This document shows positions 14,911 through 28,055 of a DNA stretch of 64,000 nt, in pieces. Position 1 is the first letter of the stretch. Every line of letters starts with the position of its first letter. The position numbers were made by a program, and so were the translations under genes. The notes under the pieces were generated by a model. It was not told where the DNA came from, made no database searches, and saw only the letters and a program-made list of their open reading frames with translations. The stretch comes from Octopus sinensis (lineage: Eukaryota), in contig NC_043013.1 of the NCBI RefSeq assembly GCF_006345805.1, positions 32,116,001-32,180,000 of the forward strand, written 5' to 3'.

Positions 14911-15818
14911 GATAGACAGATATGTGCGCGTAGACTTGTTTATGTGCGTACATATTTATATTTAAAAATTCTAAATAGATAGGCAGACCTCTTTCTGTTA
15001 TAATAGGATAGTATCCAAATATATTTGCTCAATAAAATAATTGAAAAAGAATAACGATTTTCTCTGTAGATTATAATACGATTCAGAAGGTAGTAAATAT
15101 TCACATACATATACAAATGTGCGTGCTGACATTACTTTAACACATGCATACACATCATGTGTCTTCTAGAGCAAGAAATCCTGGAGACCTTGTTTATAGC
15201 AGAATTTTTTTCAGACTGAAGAATCAATTAATAATCTCAATATTATATTCAAGACTTTCTATTTTCTTACATTTTTCTTCATTCCTCAGAGGTTATACAG
15301 CACAAAGTGATATATCACTTTTCTTATTGTATTGTAATATTCTATTTTCAAAATTATATTTGTAGATTTTGTTACGCAGTTTTCTTGTTTTTTTTTTCTT
15401 TCCAAAATTCTTTTGACTAAACATTACTTTTCTTTCAGATATCAAAGTTTGATTACTGGAGAATACATTTTCTGGTTAAGGTTCAAAGTTATTCAACTTC
15501 TTTTGATAATTTAAAAGTAGCTCGCAGAAAGATTTAGAAAGAAAAATAGCAGTAACATAGCAGATACATTTGGAATTCGATAAGAAAGTCCTATAACGAT
15601 TTTTTAAATTTATTTTTGTGAGGCCTTAAATTTACGATAGGATGATTGTATCCACATATATCTGACATTGATTTATAAGTATTGATTTGTACCTCTGTGT
15701 TTTCTCCTACTTTTGTTTTTGCTTCGTATCTGGCTGTACTACTCAAATACAATGAAACTCTTGTTGAAAAATACTATCACGAACACCGAAAGAAATAATA
15801 GCACAGCAGCCAAAATAA

Positions 15819-15891
<73 letters not shown>

Positions 15892-15894
<3 letters not shown>

Positions 15895-16534
15895 CCCTGA
15901 TGCAGTACCAGGCAGTGGCTATGCCCTGATGCAGTACCAGGCAGTGGCTATGCCCTGATGCAGTACCAGGCAGTGGCTATGCCCTGATGCAGTACCAGGC
16001 AGTGGCTCTCATGGCTTCTGATCTTAACTGATTGGAAGTGTTATCATGTACATGGTTTTGTCTTGGTATAAAAGATGGGCTACAGCAAATATTCTGCTCA
16101 ATACCACAGATTTGCTTGTCAGTTGTTTGACCTTAACCAGTTGAGCATGTCCCTTAGTGGCTGACGATATGTGCATCTCTGATCACGAGCAGAAGTAGTG
16201 GGGAAGCATCATAGCCATGTGTTGAGAGGGATTCTTTGGGGTTTGAATAATTCACCTCTGGAAACATGGGTGTTTCGTTCAACGTCCTTGGACAGCCCTT
16301 ATTCAGGGACCTTTTGAGCGGGATGGGTTACTCGATCTGAAGAAAATTCTAACTGGGCTCCACCTGCAAGGTCATGTGCTGTTTATTTTGATATGAGATC
16401 ACCATGTCGCGCACATATGGTTGTGATGCATGTGCCTGGTGTGCCCTTATCGGACGGGTAGTCATGATGGGTATACTGGGCTTCGTATATTTTACCCCAG
16501 TGTCACTTTGATGGCATGGTCTGCTCGCTCACTC
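15892..16534. mobile_element. ~640-bp non-coding interspersed element in an (AAT)n array, with four perfect 29-bp terminal repeats
   Basis: (AAT)n at 15817-15893 and 16535-16743. atgccctgatgcagtaccaggcagtggct x4 at 15892-16007. Confidence 0.8.
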
Positions 16535-16607
16535 AATAATAATAATAATAATAATAGTAATAGTAGTAATAATAATAATAATAATAATATTAATAATAAT
16601 AATAGTA

Positions 16608-16673
<66 letters not shown>

Positions 16674-16676
16674 GTA

Positions 16677-16743
<67 letters not shown>

Positions 16744-16745
<2 letters not shown>

Positions 16746-16982
16746 GCCCTGATGCAGTACCATGCAGTGGCTCTCGTGGCTTCTGATCTGAAGTGATTGG
16801 AAGTATTATCATGTACGTTGTTTTGTTTTGGTATAAAAGATGGGCTACAGCAAATATTCTGTTCAATACCACAGATTTGCTTGTCACTTGTTTGACCGTA
16901 ACCAGTTGAGCATGTCCCTTACTGGCTGACGGTATATGCATCTCTGATCACGAGCAGAAGTAGTGGGGGACCATCATTGCCA
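16744..16982. mobile_element. Second, truncated and diverged copy of the (AAT)n-associated element
   Basis: Collinear with 15979-16217 and starts at the same atgccctgatgcagtacc end after (AAT)n. Confidence 0.85.
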
Positions 16983-17243
16983 TATATTCATGTTTTCCTT
17001 TCTGGGAAATTCGATCCTGCAATTTTGTTATTCATGCAAAAGGGTTGTTTTTATTGTTACTGTTATTGTTGGTGTTGATTATATCGTTTTTGCTGCTGGA
17101 GATGTACCTGTCTTTGTTGGTGTTAGTCGGAGCCAAAGCGACGATATCGTTTGTGATGCTCATATCGTTGAACGAAGTAGTGAAGATACTTGCTAAGAAG
17201 AGAAAAAAATTTATATCGTAGCTGTACTGCTTATTTGTCTCAC

Positions 17244-17700
17244 CCGTCGAAGCTTTACTGATGTCGTCGCTGCCGCTTCTGTTGATGCTGCTGTTGCTGC
17301 TTGTTGTTGTTGCAGCTAGAGTTGTTTTCCTTGTTGTTGCTCGTATTGGTAGTGGCTGAAGTGATGATGACGGAGCTGTCGGAGCTGCTGTTGTTTGTAA
17401 CTGGGATGGTGATCTTGTTTTGCCTGCTTGTCACGCCAACAGGTGAAGAACTGTCACCCTCTCTCGTTTTTGTAGCAAGACACTCCTCAATCTCTCCCCT
17501 CTCTCATCAACTCCCTCGAAATTATTTGTTGGTGCCATTCAGCAAAATACTAAATTTTTCCACGTGTAATAACAAATGGAATGAATTTGATAATTCTCCC
17601 TAGAAATAGGAGGGATTTTAACAAAAAAGGAACTCACCAGCAGAAGAAGGATCCCTTATTCTCCACCTTGGTTGAAAATGACAGGAAAACATTGTTATTT
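17244..17700 (-). other. Candidate non-coding (5'-UTR) exon region with two splice donors
   Basis: CGG|GTGAGA at 17243 and CTG|GTGAGT at 17637 on the minus strand, in unique CAA/CAG-rich sequence; the longest frame stops before the donor. Confidence 0.3.
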
Positions 17701-17739
17701 TCCGGAGAAAACTGACGATTTTCGAAAACAAGATACGGA

Positions 17740-19368
17740 GGTCTTTCCCCCAACTAAAAGACATAAAGAACTATGAAAGAAGGCGAATAAGTACCGGGAG
17801 TGGAGGAAAGAAGAGAGAACTAACAGTCGATCGTTCTTGAACTCCCAGAATAAAAATGTAAACACATGAAAGACTTTCCCTCTATTCATTGCTAAATGCC
17901 TTTCCCTCTTCTTCACTGTTACAAGTAAAGAAGCTAGAAAAGATTGATCGTATTTCAGTCTAATTGTCATTGTAAATGACTGATGCTTTGCTTCCTCTGG
18001 TGATGGCCAAATGAAATTTGGCAATCGAGGATGGAATTTATGCTATGCCTGCATGAAGCCACTACAAATACGTTGTGCAATGAAAAATTTATCTACTGTC
18101 ATGGAAAAAAAATGTAACTGTAAAAGTGCAGAATTATCGGAGTAATGGTCATTCCAAAAAGTATGTATGTATAGAAATGTATGAATGAAGTCTTTAAAGG
18201 TTTAGGAATCATATTAAGGAAGTGCAATTATAATATTTAGCAGTTCAAAACTGTGAGTAGTGAAATGCAGAATTAAGTCGGTTGATCGTGAGAATCAAAT
18301 ATTGATAGCTTTGCTAAAATCTGCAGGTCGTATGGGTTATTTCCCTTGGGTTGTTTAAGTAAAATATCAGTAATATGTAGTAGATAAAAGGATTCATTGG
18401 AAGGACCTCATTATCAATTTTTTCAACAATCTAAGTATGTCACAAGGTTTCCAGACATGAGTTCTACTCACATGTCAAATAAAGTATAAAAGTTATATTC
18501 CTGTAAAAATTAGATAAGGACACAAAAAAATCAATAGTCAAAGTAATCGAACATAAATGATGAAATGGGTTATTTGCCTTGAGTGTATAAAAATATTGTA
18601 CAGGTGCTATAGGTTATTTTCCTTGGGTGTTTAAAAAAATTAGTTTTATGAGGTAGATATAAAGGTCCCGTATTATCGATTTTTTCGACAATCTAAGTAT
18701 ATCACGAGATTTCCAGAGTGAGTTCTACTCACGTATCAAGTTTCATCAAAATCAGTAAAACTATTTAAGAGTTAGCTAACAATGCCACAAACAAACACAC
18801 ACTGATTTTCCACATATGTAATAGATATATATGATGGGCTTCTTTCAGTTTCCCTTACCAAATTCACTCACAAGGCTTTGGTCGGCCCGAGGTTATAGGA
18901 GAAGACACCGCAGTTGAATTTCGTGTAGCCACCTGTTGGCATCTTTTCTCCCCACCCATTTTGTAGGGGGTGTTACCTATTTTCTGTGCTCTTTTTACAT
19001 CTACACCTCGTTCGAAATTTGCATTAGTATTTGTGTGAAAAAAAAGGAAGGGAGGTGTGCTTGTTAGCAGTTTATAGAGAAAACGTTAAACGTGCCTGAA
19101 AAAAACGTGGTCTTTCCCCCAACTAAAAGACATGAAGAACTATGAAAGAAGGCGTATAAGTACCAGGAATGGAGGAAAGAAGAGAGAACTAACAGTCGAT
19201 CGTTCTTGAACTCCCAGAATAAAAATGTAAACACATGAAAGACTTTCCCTCTATTCATTGCTAAATGCCTTTCCCTCTTCTTTATTGTTACAAGTAAAGA
19301 AGCTAGAAAAGATCGATCGTATTTCAGTCTAATTGTCATTGTAAATGACTGATGCTTTGCTTTCTCTG
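17740..19368 (+). repeat. ~260-bp direct duplication (17740-17999 and 19109-19368)
   Basis: Near-identical sequence; the ORF track shows the same peptide twice (17695-18024 and 19064-19447). Confidence 0.95.
18325..18826 (-). mobile_element. Non-autonomous Helitron-like element with internal ~270-bp tandem duplication
   Basis: Repeated ggttatttcccttggg and caatctaagtat...gagttctactcac blocks; aagtttcatcaaaatc motif; ends in aatagat. Confidence 0.4.
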
Positions 19369-19411
19369 ACGCTGTCGCTTCATCCCTTTTCTCTATGATT
19401 AAGAGAGTGAA

Positions 19412-19712
19412 GGTGCATGGCTCAGTGTCTATGAGTATACGGCCCACGATCGTAAAGTTATGAGTACGATTTCTGGCGGCGCGCTGTGTTCTTGAGCATG
19501 GTATTCAACTTCACTTTGCTGCAGTCCACTCAGCTGGAAATAATTAGTTGTAGTTGTAATTCAAAGGGGCCTGTGTGAGGCTGAATCACCCTGGGAACTA
19601 CCTTATGCATGTCTGCGGAGTACTCATCCACTTGCACGTTAATTTTATGAGCAAACTGTTCCGTTGATGAGATAAACAGGAACCTCATCGTCGTAAGCGA
19701 CAGAGTGCCTTT
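19412..19712 (+). mobile_element. SINE family C, tail type 2
   Basis: ggtgcatggctcagtg head, gtgttcttgagc core, cagtccactcagctgg, then a distinct tail. Confidence 0.75.
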
Positions 19713-22700
19713 TTATTAAACAAGAGTGAAGGGAAAGGAAATGTTCTATATCATAAGGCAAAAATGTCATGTGTTTAGTATAAGCAGTGAAAGCTAAGAC
19801 GAAATAATTCCTATTCTGTCGTGTATTCGCCCTCCACTCACGTTAAGTTTGATAACAACAGCCTACACATCGGTGTTTATCTGGGGGCTTGGCCTCCAGA
19901 TCTGTGAGACCCACAAATGCCGCTGTTAGGAGCGGATTAACACCCATAGTGACCCTAACGACTAAAAGATTTTTCTACCCCTATACCTCTTGCGAGTTAA
20001 TTTTATCCGTGTGTGGTAATGAAAAGTGAAAGTGACATCTAATATTTGTTGTACTTATTTGTCTTTGGTTTAACAATGTGTCTATGTATCTATGTATCAA
20101 TTTTTTCTTTCGATCTATGTATCTACTTTTCTTGCGATGTGATAAACATTTATAACACAAAATGAACATCATCACCGCTCACTGTCTCTTTTACTTGCTC
20201 TCTTTCTCTTTTTCTTTCTCACTCTCTCTTTCCCTTTCACTCTCTCATTTTCTCTCTCACTCTCTCTTCTCTCTTTCTTTTACTTCCTCTCTGTCCTCCT
20301 CTATCTCGCTTTGCCACCCACTTCTTCATTTGAAGTAAGTGTGACAGACATCACAGGTACCTACAAAAAGAACAAGTTAGCATATTAATATTATTGATAA
20401 TAACAGGAATGCTTTCAGAAAGCACTTTGATCATCAGAATCTACTGCCAGAAGAACTTTGTAGCTATAATTTGATCACCTGCAACTTCCACATTACGTAC
20501 AAATACGAAGCTCATTATGGTCAATTCTAATAATTTCTCAGCAAATTTTCATCGAGGATAGACTTTAAATTTACTTTATCCAGAACTAGTAAGAATATAT
20601 CCAGTAAAATTATGGATTTGATTCGATTACCTATACTCGCTTATTTCAGTGATTTCTCTTGTAATAACTTCAAAAGTTATATGGACTTCCAGCAACTGGA
20701 ATAAACGACATAATACCTACTTCTATATTTTTCTCAAATATAGTCTTTAGGAAATGAACCAAGGAGTTTCGACCTAGTGGAAATAGCAGCCAAATCCCTC
20801 TTAAATTATATCATAGTGACTAAGTGAAAAATAAAATTGGATATATGGGATAATGTGGTAGTGGATATACTATCTGAAAATTAAACGTATTGGATACGTC
20901 AGTATATTTTTGATGGTAGGATTGCACGACCAGGCTGATCAGGAACCAAATAATAACAATAACATTTTTTTTTTAAACCGTCTTATCAAATGCAGACGTT
21001 TCGTATATGCGTTGCATGCATTTGGCAGTTTAAATATGCACAAATAAAAATATAGAAAATAATCAACTAGAAGCTTAATTTATTCTGGAAACTTTCGAAA
21101 CTAAGATTATCTTTGGAGCCGTAACGGATGCAGACTTGGTTTCTTCTTTATAGCTTTAAATGCGATTGTTAAGTTGACACCAATCAAAGACCAATACATT
21201 TCAAAGGCTATTCAAAATGAAAAACAAAATAGAAAGATCTTGTGCTCAGTCACAGAGAAGAAATAAAAACAGAATTATTTAACTAGCTGGTACGTGATAA
21301 GGAATTTGCTAACTTTTGAGAGACGATCAACTTAGCTGTTTTTCTACCATCGTGGTGCAGTCGGTTTAGAGAAATATACGGCTTGAAAACTACTCTTCTT
21401 CTGTGGTTTATTAACCAATCATTTACATCTGATTCCAACATGAAAACGTATTTCCCCTCTCAATTTGTACAACAGTTAAATGAATCTAATGTAAAGGCAT
21501 TTAACAGACACAGACGTAGCGCAGAAAGCTAGAGAATCTGAGATATTAACGGTGCCAAACTATATTTTACATTGGTACTAGACCCAATATATGGAGAAAA
21601 ATAGCATATTTGAATGAATCGAACCCAGTAACTCGGACGTACTCGCTTTCTTAACTTCCTGCTTTGTTCATCATACAGTATTTTAGACATGTAAAGTTCT
21701 GTTGACAGCTAATGTTTTCATCCAAGAGGCTCGCTTTGGTCATGAACATGACATCATTACAAATAGTGTCTCAACGTTTATTGTGCGAGCCGATGACTTT
21801 GTCTTGGAGGTAAATTGCTCACTAGTACCTTATTAACACTTCAGTAGAATCGATTTGCCGATATATCTCTCTTATGATAGAAATATAAATGATGAACATC
21901 CCAAAAATTACAGAGCCGTATGAAAGCCATCAATGCTAGTACCTCACTCCAGTGCTTTATATATCCTATGATTAGCGTAAGAGCAACTATGTGACTCCAT
22001 AAAATCTTGATAATTTAAGGCAGCTTGTCAGGTCTCGTCAAAATTATATATAAATTTAACACCTGCAGAATTAATTTTGAAATATAATCTATTTTCATAA
22101 ATAAGAATATTCATTTATAAAAGCAGCATCTATGCAGTATGCCACAGAAACGAAGCCAGCAATGCGACATTTCGTTTTTCTCTAATACTTTTAGCAAAAC
22201 ATGATAATCACAACATTCTCTTTCTTTATCAACGAAATAGTAAGACAAGGAAAATTATCAAAAACATTAACAGATTATTTTATATTTTATGTATTTTCTT
22301 TTAGTGTATCACGAAACAACAAAATAATGGGTGCGAAAATGAATTTGTTGGCTCATGGACTTTTGGATTCTTTTTTTACACATATATGAAATGTGCTACT
22401 AACATGAACTGGCTTCATTCAGAAATCGGAATCTGTTGGTGAGATGAAATTCCCTCTCTGAAAACTTCCCTCTTAATGTTGTTAATCAATATTGAACTTC
22501 TATGGAACTAGCTGCTTCACTCATTTACCATTCTCTTATACACCAAATCAGCCAGCAATTTGCACAACCACAAACATTTCAGGAGCCGCAATATTGTTTA
22601 CAACAGCAGATAGTGGCTAACAATTATTAACAGCGAAGTCTTTACACACCATCTAATTACCTTGTTGATCATTGTTAGACATGCTATCTCAGCCATCAGA

Positions 22701-22747
22701 GGGCAGTTTATATTTTGCCACAGCAATATCTAAAATTCTCAATGAAC

Positions 22748-22771
<24 letters not shown>

Positions 22772-22779
<8 letters not shown>

Positions 22780-23142
22780 GTAAAGAGTGAAAAAACGACA
22801 GAAGGCTTAATTGTTAAAAAATATATATATTTGCGTCAATATGTCTGAAGAATATTAGAAATTTTTTTTTTTTAATTTTTTTCCCTTTATAATGACATAA
22901 TTTTTAAAGAAAGACCGGTTTCGCATTTAGCTTTTCAAATTTGAAAAGCTAAATGCGAAACCGGTCTTCTTTAAAAATGATGTCATTATAAAGGGAAAAA
23001 AAATTTTTGTTTTAATTTTCTAATATTCTTCAGACATATTGACGCAATATATATATTTTTTAACATTAAGCCTTCTGTCGTTTTTTCACTCTTTACTATT
23101 TTTTATATATTCACCCACGTGCTTTCACAAACCAACTTTCTT
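22772..23142 (+). repeat. Palindrome (~165-bp arms, no spacer, centre 22939/22940) plus tail within (TA)n; Penelope-like pLTR inversion
   Basis: aaaatagtaaagagtgaaaaaacgacagaaggc...cttttcaaa|tttgaaaag...gccttctgtcgttttttcactctttactatttt. Confidence 0.9.
22941..22972 (+). ncRNA. Partial minimal hammerhead ribozyme, U3:A8 core variant (mirror copy on - strand at ~22907-22938)
   Basis: TTGAAAA-gc taaat gc-GAAAC-cg-GTC; the 5' strand of stem I is missing at the inversion centre. Confidence 0.55.
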
Positions 23143-23148
23143 ATATAT

Positions 23149-23182
<34 letters not shown>

Positions 23183-23184
<2 letters not shown>

Positions 23185-23340
23185 CGATGGGCTTCTTTCA
23201 CTTTCCATCAACCAAATCTGCTCACAAGGCTTTCGTTGACTGCAGGCTATTGTGGAAGACACTTGCCCAAGGTGACACGCGGACTGAACCTGGAACCATG
23301 TGGTTTGGAAAAAAACTTCACACCACACTACCACACCTAA
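23183..23340 (-). mobile_element. SINE family B head
   Basis: cgatgggcttctttcactttcc...gacacttgcccaagg...gaacctggaaccatgtgg. Confidence 0.85.
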
Positions 23341-24249
23341 GGCAGTGAGAGAGAGAGAGAGAAAGACTCTGTGTGTGTGTGTATGTGTGTGTAAGAGAGA
23401 GAGCGTATGGTGAGAGAGAGAGAAATATTTATTAAAACATACTAAACGTTTTTGCTGAGAGAATATTTCAGCTCACATCATTTGACAAAAGCGTGTAAAA
23501 CCTTTCAGTAATTTACAAAAGCGTGTAAAACCTCTAAATAATTGTCATTCGACTGGTTGATTAGTCCTATTGTACAAAAGTGTCTGCAGAGTATTTCGAC
23601 TATAACACTTATTGACTGGCATTGGGTAATACTATATCAAGTGGATTATCTCACCATTAAAACCAGATGAAATAACAAGGAATTATCTTGTTGGCACACA
23701 ACCAACAAATATTTTGCTACGAGTGTAATGTCGATTCAATCGCTCTGCAATATTACACTGTTGCTAAATATATAGATATTGGAATGATCAAGAATAATCG
23801 TAATCGTGACGGAGTTTGGATTGAGAACGAAAAGGGACGTAGCTAATTTCTGCAAAAGAAATGTCCGACGCTCCAATGGTTCTGGAATCCACAGAAATAG
23901 GTCAAGTTGCCAACGTTTCAAATAAAACAAACCGAAAAGAAAATCGTTTCAGATTAGTTACTTAAGAGGTTTTTCATTAAAAAATATAAAGTTCTGATAT
24001 TCAGAGGAAAGGAAATTAAATAGGGTATTTTTCCTGCACTTTTTTAAAAGTGTTCTCCGCTCTGGAATAATTTAATGGATTTACCCGAGAAATACAATAC
24101 AAGGTCATATCCTCAAACTAACAGCTTACGTCACAATTCTTTGGAAGTATACACCATCAACACGACCATCATCACTTGCAGATCAAACATCGAGGAGGCT
24201 TCTACGCGGTAAATCAATATGTTAGAAATATCAGCTAGATATTAAATAG

Positions 24250-24481
24250 GGCGGCGAGCTGGCAGAACCGTTAGCACGCCGGGCGAAATGCGTAGCCGTA
24301 TTTCGTCTGCCATTACATTCTGAGTTCAAATTCCGCCGAGGTTGACTTTGCCTTTCATCCTTTCGGGGTCGATAAATTAAGTACCAGTTACGCACTGGGG
24401 GTCGATGTAATTGACTTAATCCGTTTGTCTGTCCTTGTTTGTCCCCTCTATGTTTAGCCCCTTGTGGGTAGTAAAGAAATA
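24250..24481 (+). mobile_element. SINE family A (tRNA-like head, Meta-like core, LINE-like tail) with 19-bp TSD
   Basis: ggcggcgagctggcagaaccgttagcacgccgggcg...gagttcaaattccgccg...gcctttcatcctttcggggtcgataaattaagtacc...gtaaagaaat. TSD agaaatatcagctagatat at 24224-24242 and 24482-24500. Confidence 0.95.
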
Positions 24482-24814
24482 AGAAATATCAGCTAGATAT
24501 CAACTGAATCAATCCTCCTCAAAGCAAGCGGTTCCATCCCTTGGAAACAGTGGGAGGATTTAAATGTGTACCGGGCGGTAAGGAGCTGTGAAAGGACAAT
24601 TGACGCATCACTACGGTTCTTTTCGTTTCTATCTCCTATTTAAATGTTAATTTTAAATAAATAATTAAAATCTAACACTACATTAAGCAAGTTCATATCC
24701 CCATTCACAGCAACAACGTTAAAATCGACAACATTAACAATAATTAGAGACTTTGGAAATGCAAATAATTAAACAGAACCGAATTTCTACGAGCTATGCT
24801 TATTATATCAATAC

Positions 24815-25900
24815 GCGACTGTGTAGTAAGAAGTTTGCTTCCCAGCCATACACAATACTTCTGTTGAATGTCCCTCTCACTGCATTGCACCTTTCACAAG
24901 AGTCTTCTGCTATAGTATCGGACCCAAAAATGCCTTGTGAACGGATTTCGTAGACTGAAACTGAAAAATCGGCGAGCTGGTAGAAACGTTAGCACGCCGG
25001 GCGAAATGCTCCGTGGGATTTCGTCTGCCGCTACGTTCAAATTCCGCCGAGGTCGATTTTGCCTTTCATTATTTCGAGGTCGATTAAATAAGTACCAGTT
25101 ACGCACTGGGGTTGATATAATCGACTTAATCCGTTTGTCTGTCCTTGTTTGTCCTCTCTGTGTTTAGCCTCTTGCGGGTAGTAAAGAAATAGAAATAAGT
25201 ATTTCGTCTGCCGTTACGTTCTGAGTTCAAATTCCGCCGAGGTCGATTTTGCCTTTCATCCTTTCAGGGTCGATAAATTAAGTAACAGTTATACACTGGG
25301 GTCGATGTAATCGAATTAATCCGTGTGTCTATGCTTGTTTGTTACCTGTATGTTTAGCCTCTTGTGGGCAATAAAGAAATAGGGAACTGAAAACTCCTTT
25401 CTACTATAGTCTCAAGGCCTGAAATTTGGGGGAGGGGACTGATCGATTACATCGACCCCAGGGTTTCACTGGTACTTAATTTATCGATCCGAAAGGATGA
25501 ACGGCAAAGTCGACCTCAGAAGGATGAAAGGGAAAGTTGACCTCGACGGAATTTGAACTCAGAATGTAGCGACAGATGAAATACCGCTAAACATTTCACC
25601 CAGCGTCCTAACGATTCTGCCAGCTCGCCGCCTTAGACGGAAACTGAAAAATACCAGACGTATACGTGAGTGTGTGCGTGTGTTTGTGTCAGTGTGTGTG
25701 TCTTTGTGTCTCTGTTTTTGTCCGTTACCGCTTGACAACTGGCGTTGGTTTGTTTACATTTCCGTAGCATAGCGTTATTGCAAAAGACACTGATACAATA
25801 AACACCAGGTACCTGTCGTTTCGAACGACTAAAAACTTCTTAAAGCTGTGTCTCAGCACGACTGCTGTCCAATGACTGGAACAAGTAAATGATAAAGGAT
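24815..25900. mobile_element. Nested SINE cluster: family B split by a family A dimer (+, 24970-25381) and a family A copy (-, 25395-25634)
   Basis: B head at 24815-24968 resumes at 25635; agac(t/g)gaaactgaaaa is duplicated at both junctions. Confidence 0.85.
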
Positions 25901-26142
25901 AGAATTGTAATGTGGTGCTGATATAATTAGTCACCCGTGTCAAACTAGTATCGGGAACTAAATTTTCTCTGAATCGATATTTAGTGTATGTACATTAGGA
26001 AAGATGACGGTGGAGCGTTGAAGCATAGCAAGAGAATCTTGAAAAAATGTTAGTACAAGAAAAGGAGCAATAGTCAAAAGCATTTGAGAAGCACTGCCCT
26101 AAATGAGACCCCAGTATCTTAAAACTCTTAATGACATGTTGA

Positions 26143-26401
26143 AGGAGTGGTTGTGTGGTAAGTAGCCTGCTTACCAACCACATGGTTCCAGCTTCACTCC
26201 CACTGCGTGGCACCTTGGGCAAGTGTCTTTTACTCTAGGCTCGGGCCGACCAAAGCCTTATGAGTGGATTTGGTAAATGGAAACTAAAAGAAGCCCGTCG
26301 TATATATTTATATATATATATATGTAATATATAATATATATAATGTATATATATATATATACATATATATACAATATATATATAACATATATATAGTATA
26401 T

Positions 26402-26460
<59 letters not shown>

Positions 26461-26710
26461 ATATATATATATATGTATATATATATGTATGTGTGTGTAT
26501 ATGCTTGTGTGTCGGTGTTTGTCCCCCCAACATCGCTTGAAACCGATGCTGGTGTGTTTACGTCACCGTAACTAGCGGTTCGGCAAAAGACACCGATAGA
26601 ATAAGTACTAGGCTTACAAAGAATAAGTCCTGGGGTCGATTTGCTCGACAAAAGGCGGTGCTTTAGCATGGCCACAGTCAAATGACGGAAACAAGTAAAA
26701 GATTAAAAGA
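26143..26710 (+). mobile_element. SINE family B, full length with expanded internal (TA)n
   Basis: Head, core and tail as in 7912-8330. Confidence 0.9.
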
Positions 26711-26794
26711 GTACAAAAAATGAAGAAATTGGGAGATGAGAACACATCTGGTCATAGGCGTCTTCTTCTTGGCTGAGCCAGTGGTAAATAATAC

Positions 26795-27000
26795 TTTCTG
26801 CTATAGGCACGATTTCTGAAAATTTGGGAGAGGCAGCTAGTCGATTATACCAACTGACAGTTATTTTACTGACCGACCCCCGAAAGGATGAAAAGGCAAA
26901 GTCCACTTGGGCAGAGTTTGAACTCAGAACGTAGAGATGAGTAAAATGCCGCGAAGCAATTTTGTCGAAAGGACTAACAATTCTACCAGTTCGCCGCCTT
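26795..27000 (-). mobile_element. SINE family A
   Basis: ccccgaaaggatgaaaaggcaaagtc...tttgaactcagaacg...ccagttcgccgcc. Confidence 0.85.
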
Positions 27001-27352
27001 AATCAGAAGGTAAATAACAGCCCAGAATAAGAGTTGAGAACTTATTCAATTTAATAGCTTTGAGATAAACACATATACTGAGACTGAAATTGCATCACGT
27101 TTCTTGCATTGACGAGGAATTACCGTCTGGCAAACGTTGCCAGCCACCAGTAAGATAACAATATTGCATGTGAAGTCTATATCCGCCTCACAGATCGCTA
27201 ATCTACATATTATGAGATAAGATCCAATGGATAAATACTGTGAAAATTACAAAATAGATTTTATGTAATATTGTTTATCTTGGTAATTAATGTTAATACG
27301 TATACACATGTGTGCATGTCCCCGTGCGCAAATATGTCTATACACATATATA

Positions 27353-27421
<69 letters not shown>

Positions 27422-27552
27422 ATACATATATATATACATATACATGTATGTATGTACATATATATACATATACCTTTATAATATATAATTTATAAATATG
27501 TATATACATATATATGTATATTATACACACACACATATATATATATAGATAA

Positions 27553-27583
<31 letters not shown>

Positions 27584-27612
27584 CTATATATATATATATA
27601 TACATATAGATA

Positions 27613-27656
<44 letters not shown>

Positions 27657-27875
27657 ACTGCTAGTGGATAGACTTATGAATTTACATATACATGCGTTTG
27701 TATCCGTCGACATAACACTAATAATACTGCGAGTCAATATACAAGTGTTGCGAATGTATATAACTGTATATATATACACACACACATATGACTCTGCTTC
27801 TTGATGGAGCGGGTCACCGATTGCTTGGCCACAGCTGGATAGATCACACCAGTAGAAAACTAATAAATTACTCAT

Positions 27876-27913
<38 letters not shown>

Positions 27914-27951
27914 CACACAGACAAACACATATGCATGCATACATATAAGAT

Positions 27952-28055
<104 letters not shown>

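Noticed and set aside
15892-16007. 29-bp repeats as a CRISPR array
   Set aside because: No spacers, no cas genes, eukaryotic context.
17301-17603. Leu-rich plus-strand ORF resembling a signal or membrane peptide
   Set aside because: Produced by TTG/CTG repeats with a non-ATG start and no supporting splice structure.
17695-19447. Two similar ORFs as paralogous genes
   Set aside because: Similarity comes from the 260-bp DNA duplication; non-ATG starts and no domain.
21690-22740. Possible ancient coding or TE remnant
   Set aside because: No translatable motif that I could recognise.
22845-22966. CTGAAGA at 22845 paired with GAAAC at 22957 as one hammerhead
   Set aside because: About 105 nt apart across the palindrome centre with no plausible stems I/II; the local TTGAAAA core fits better.
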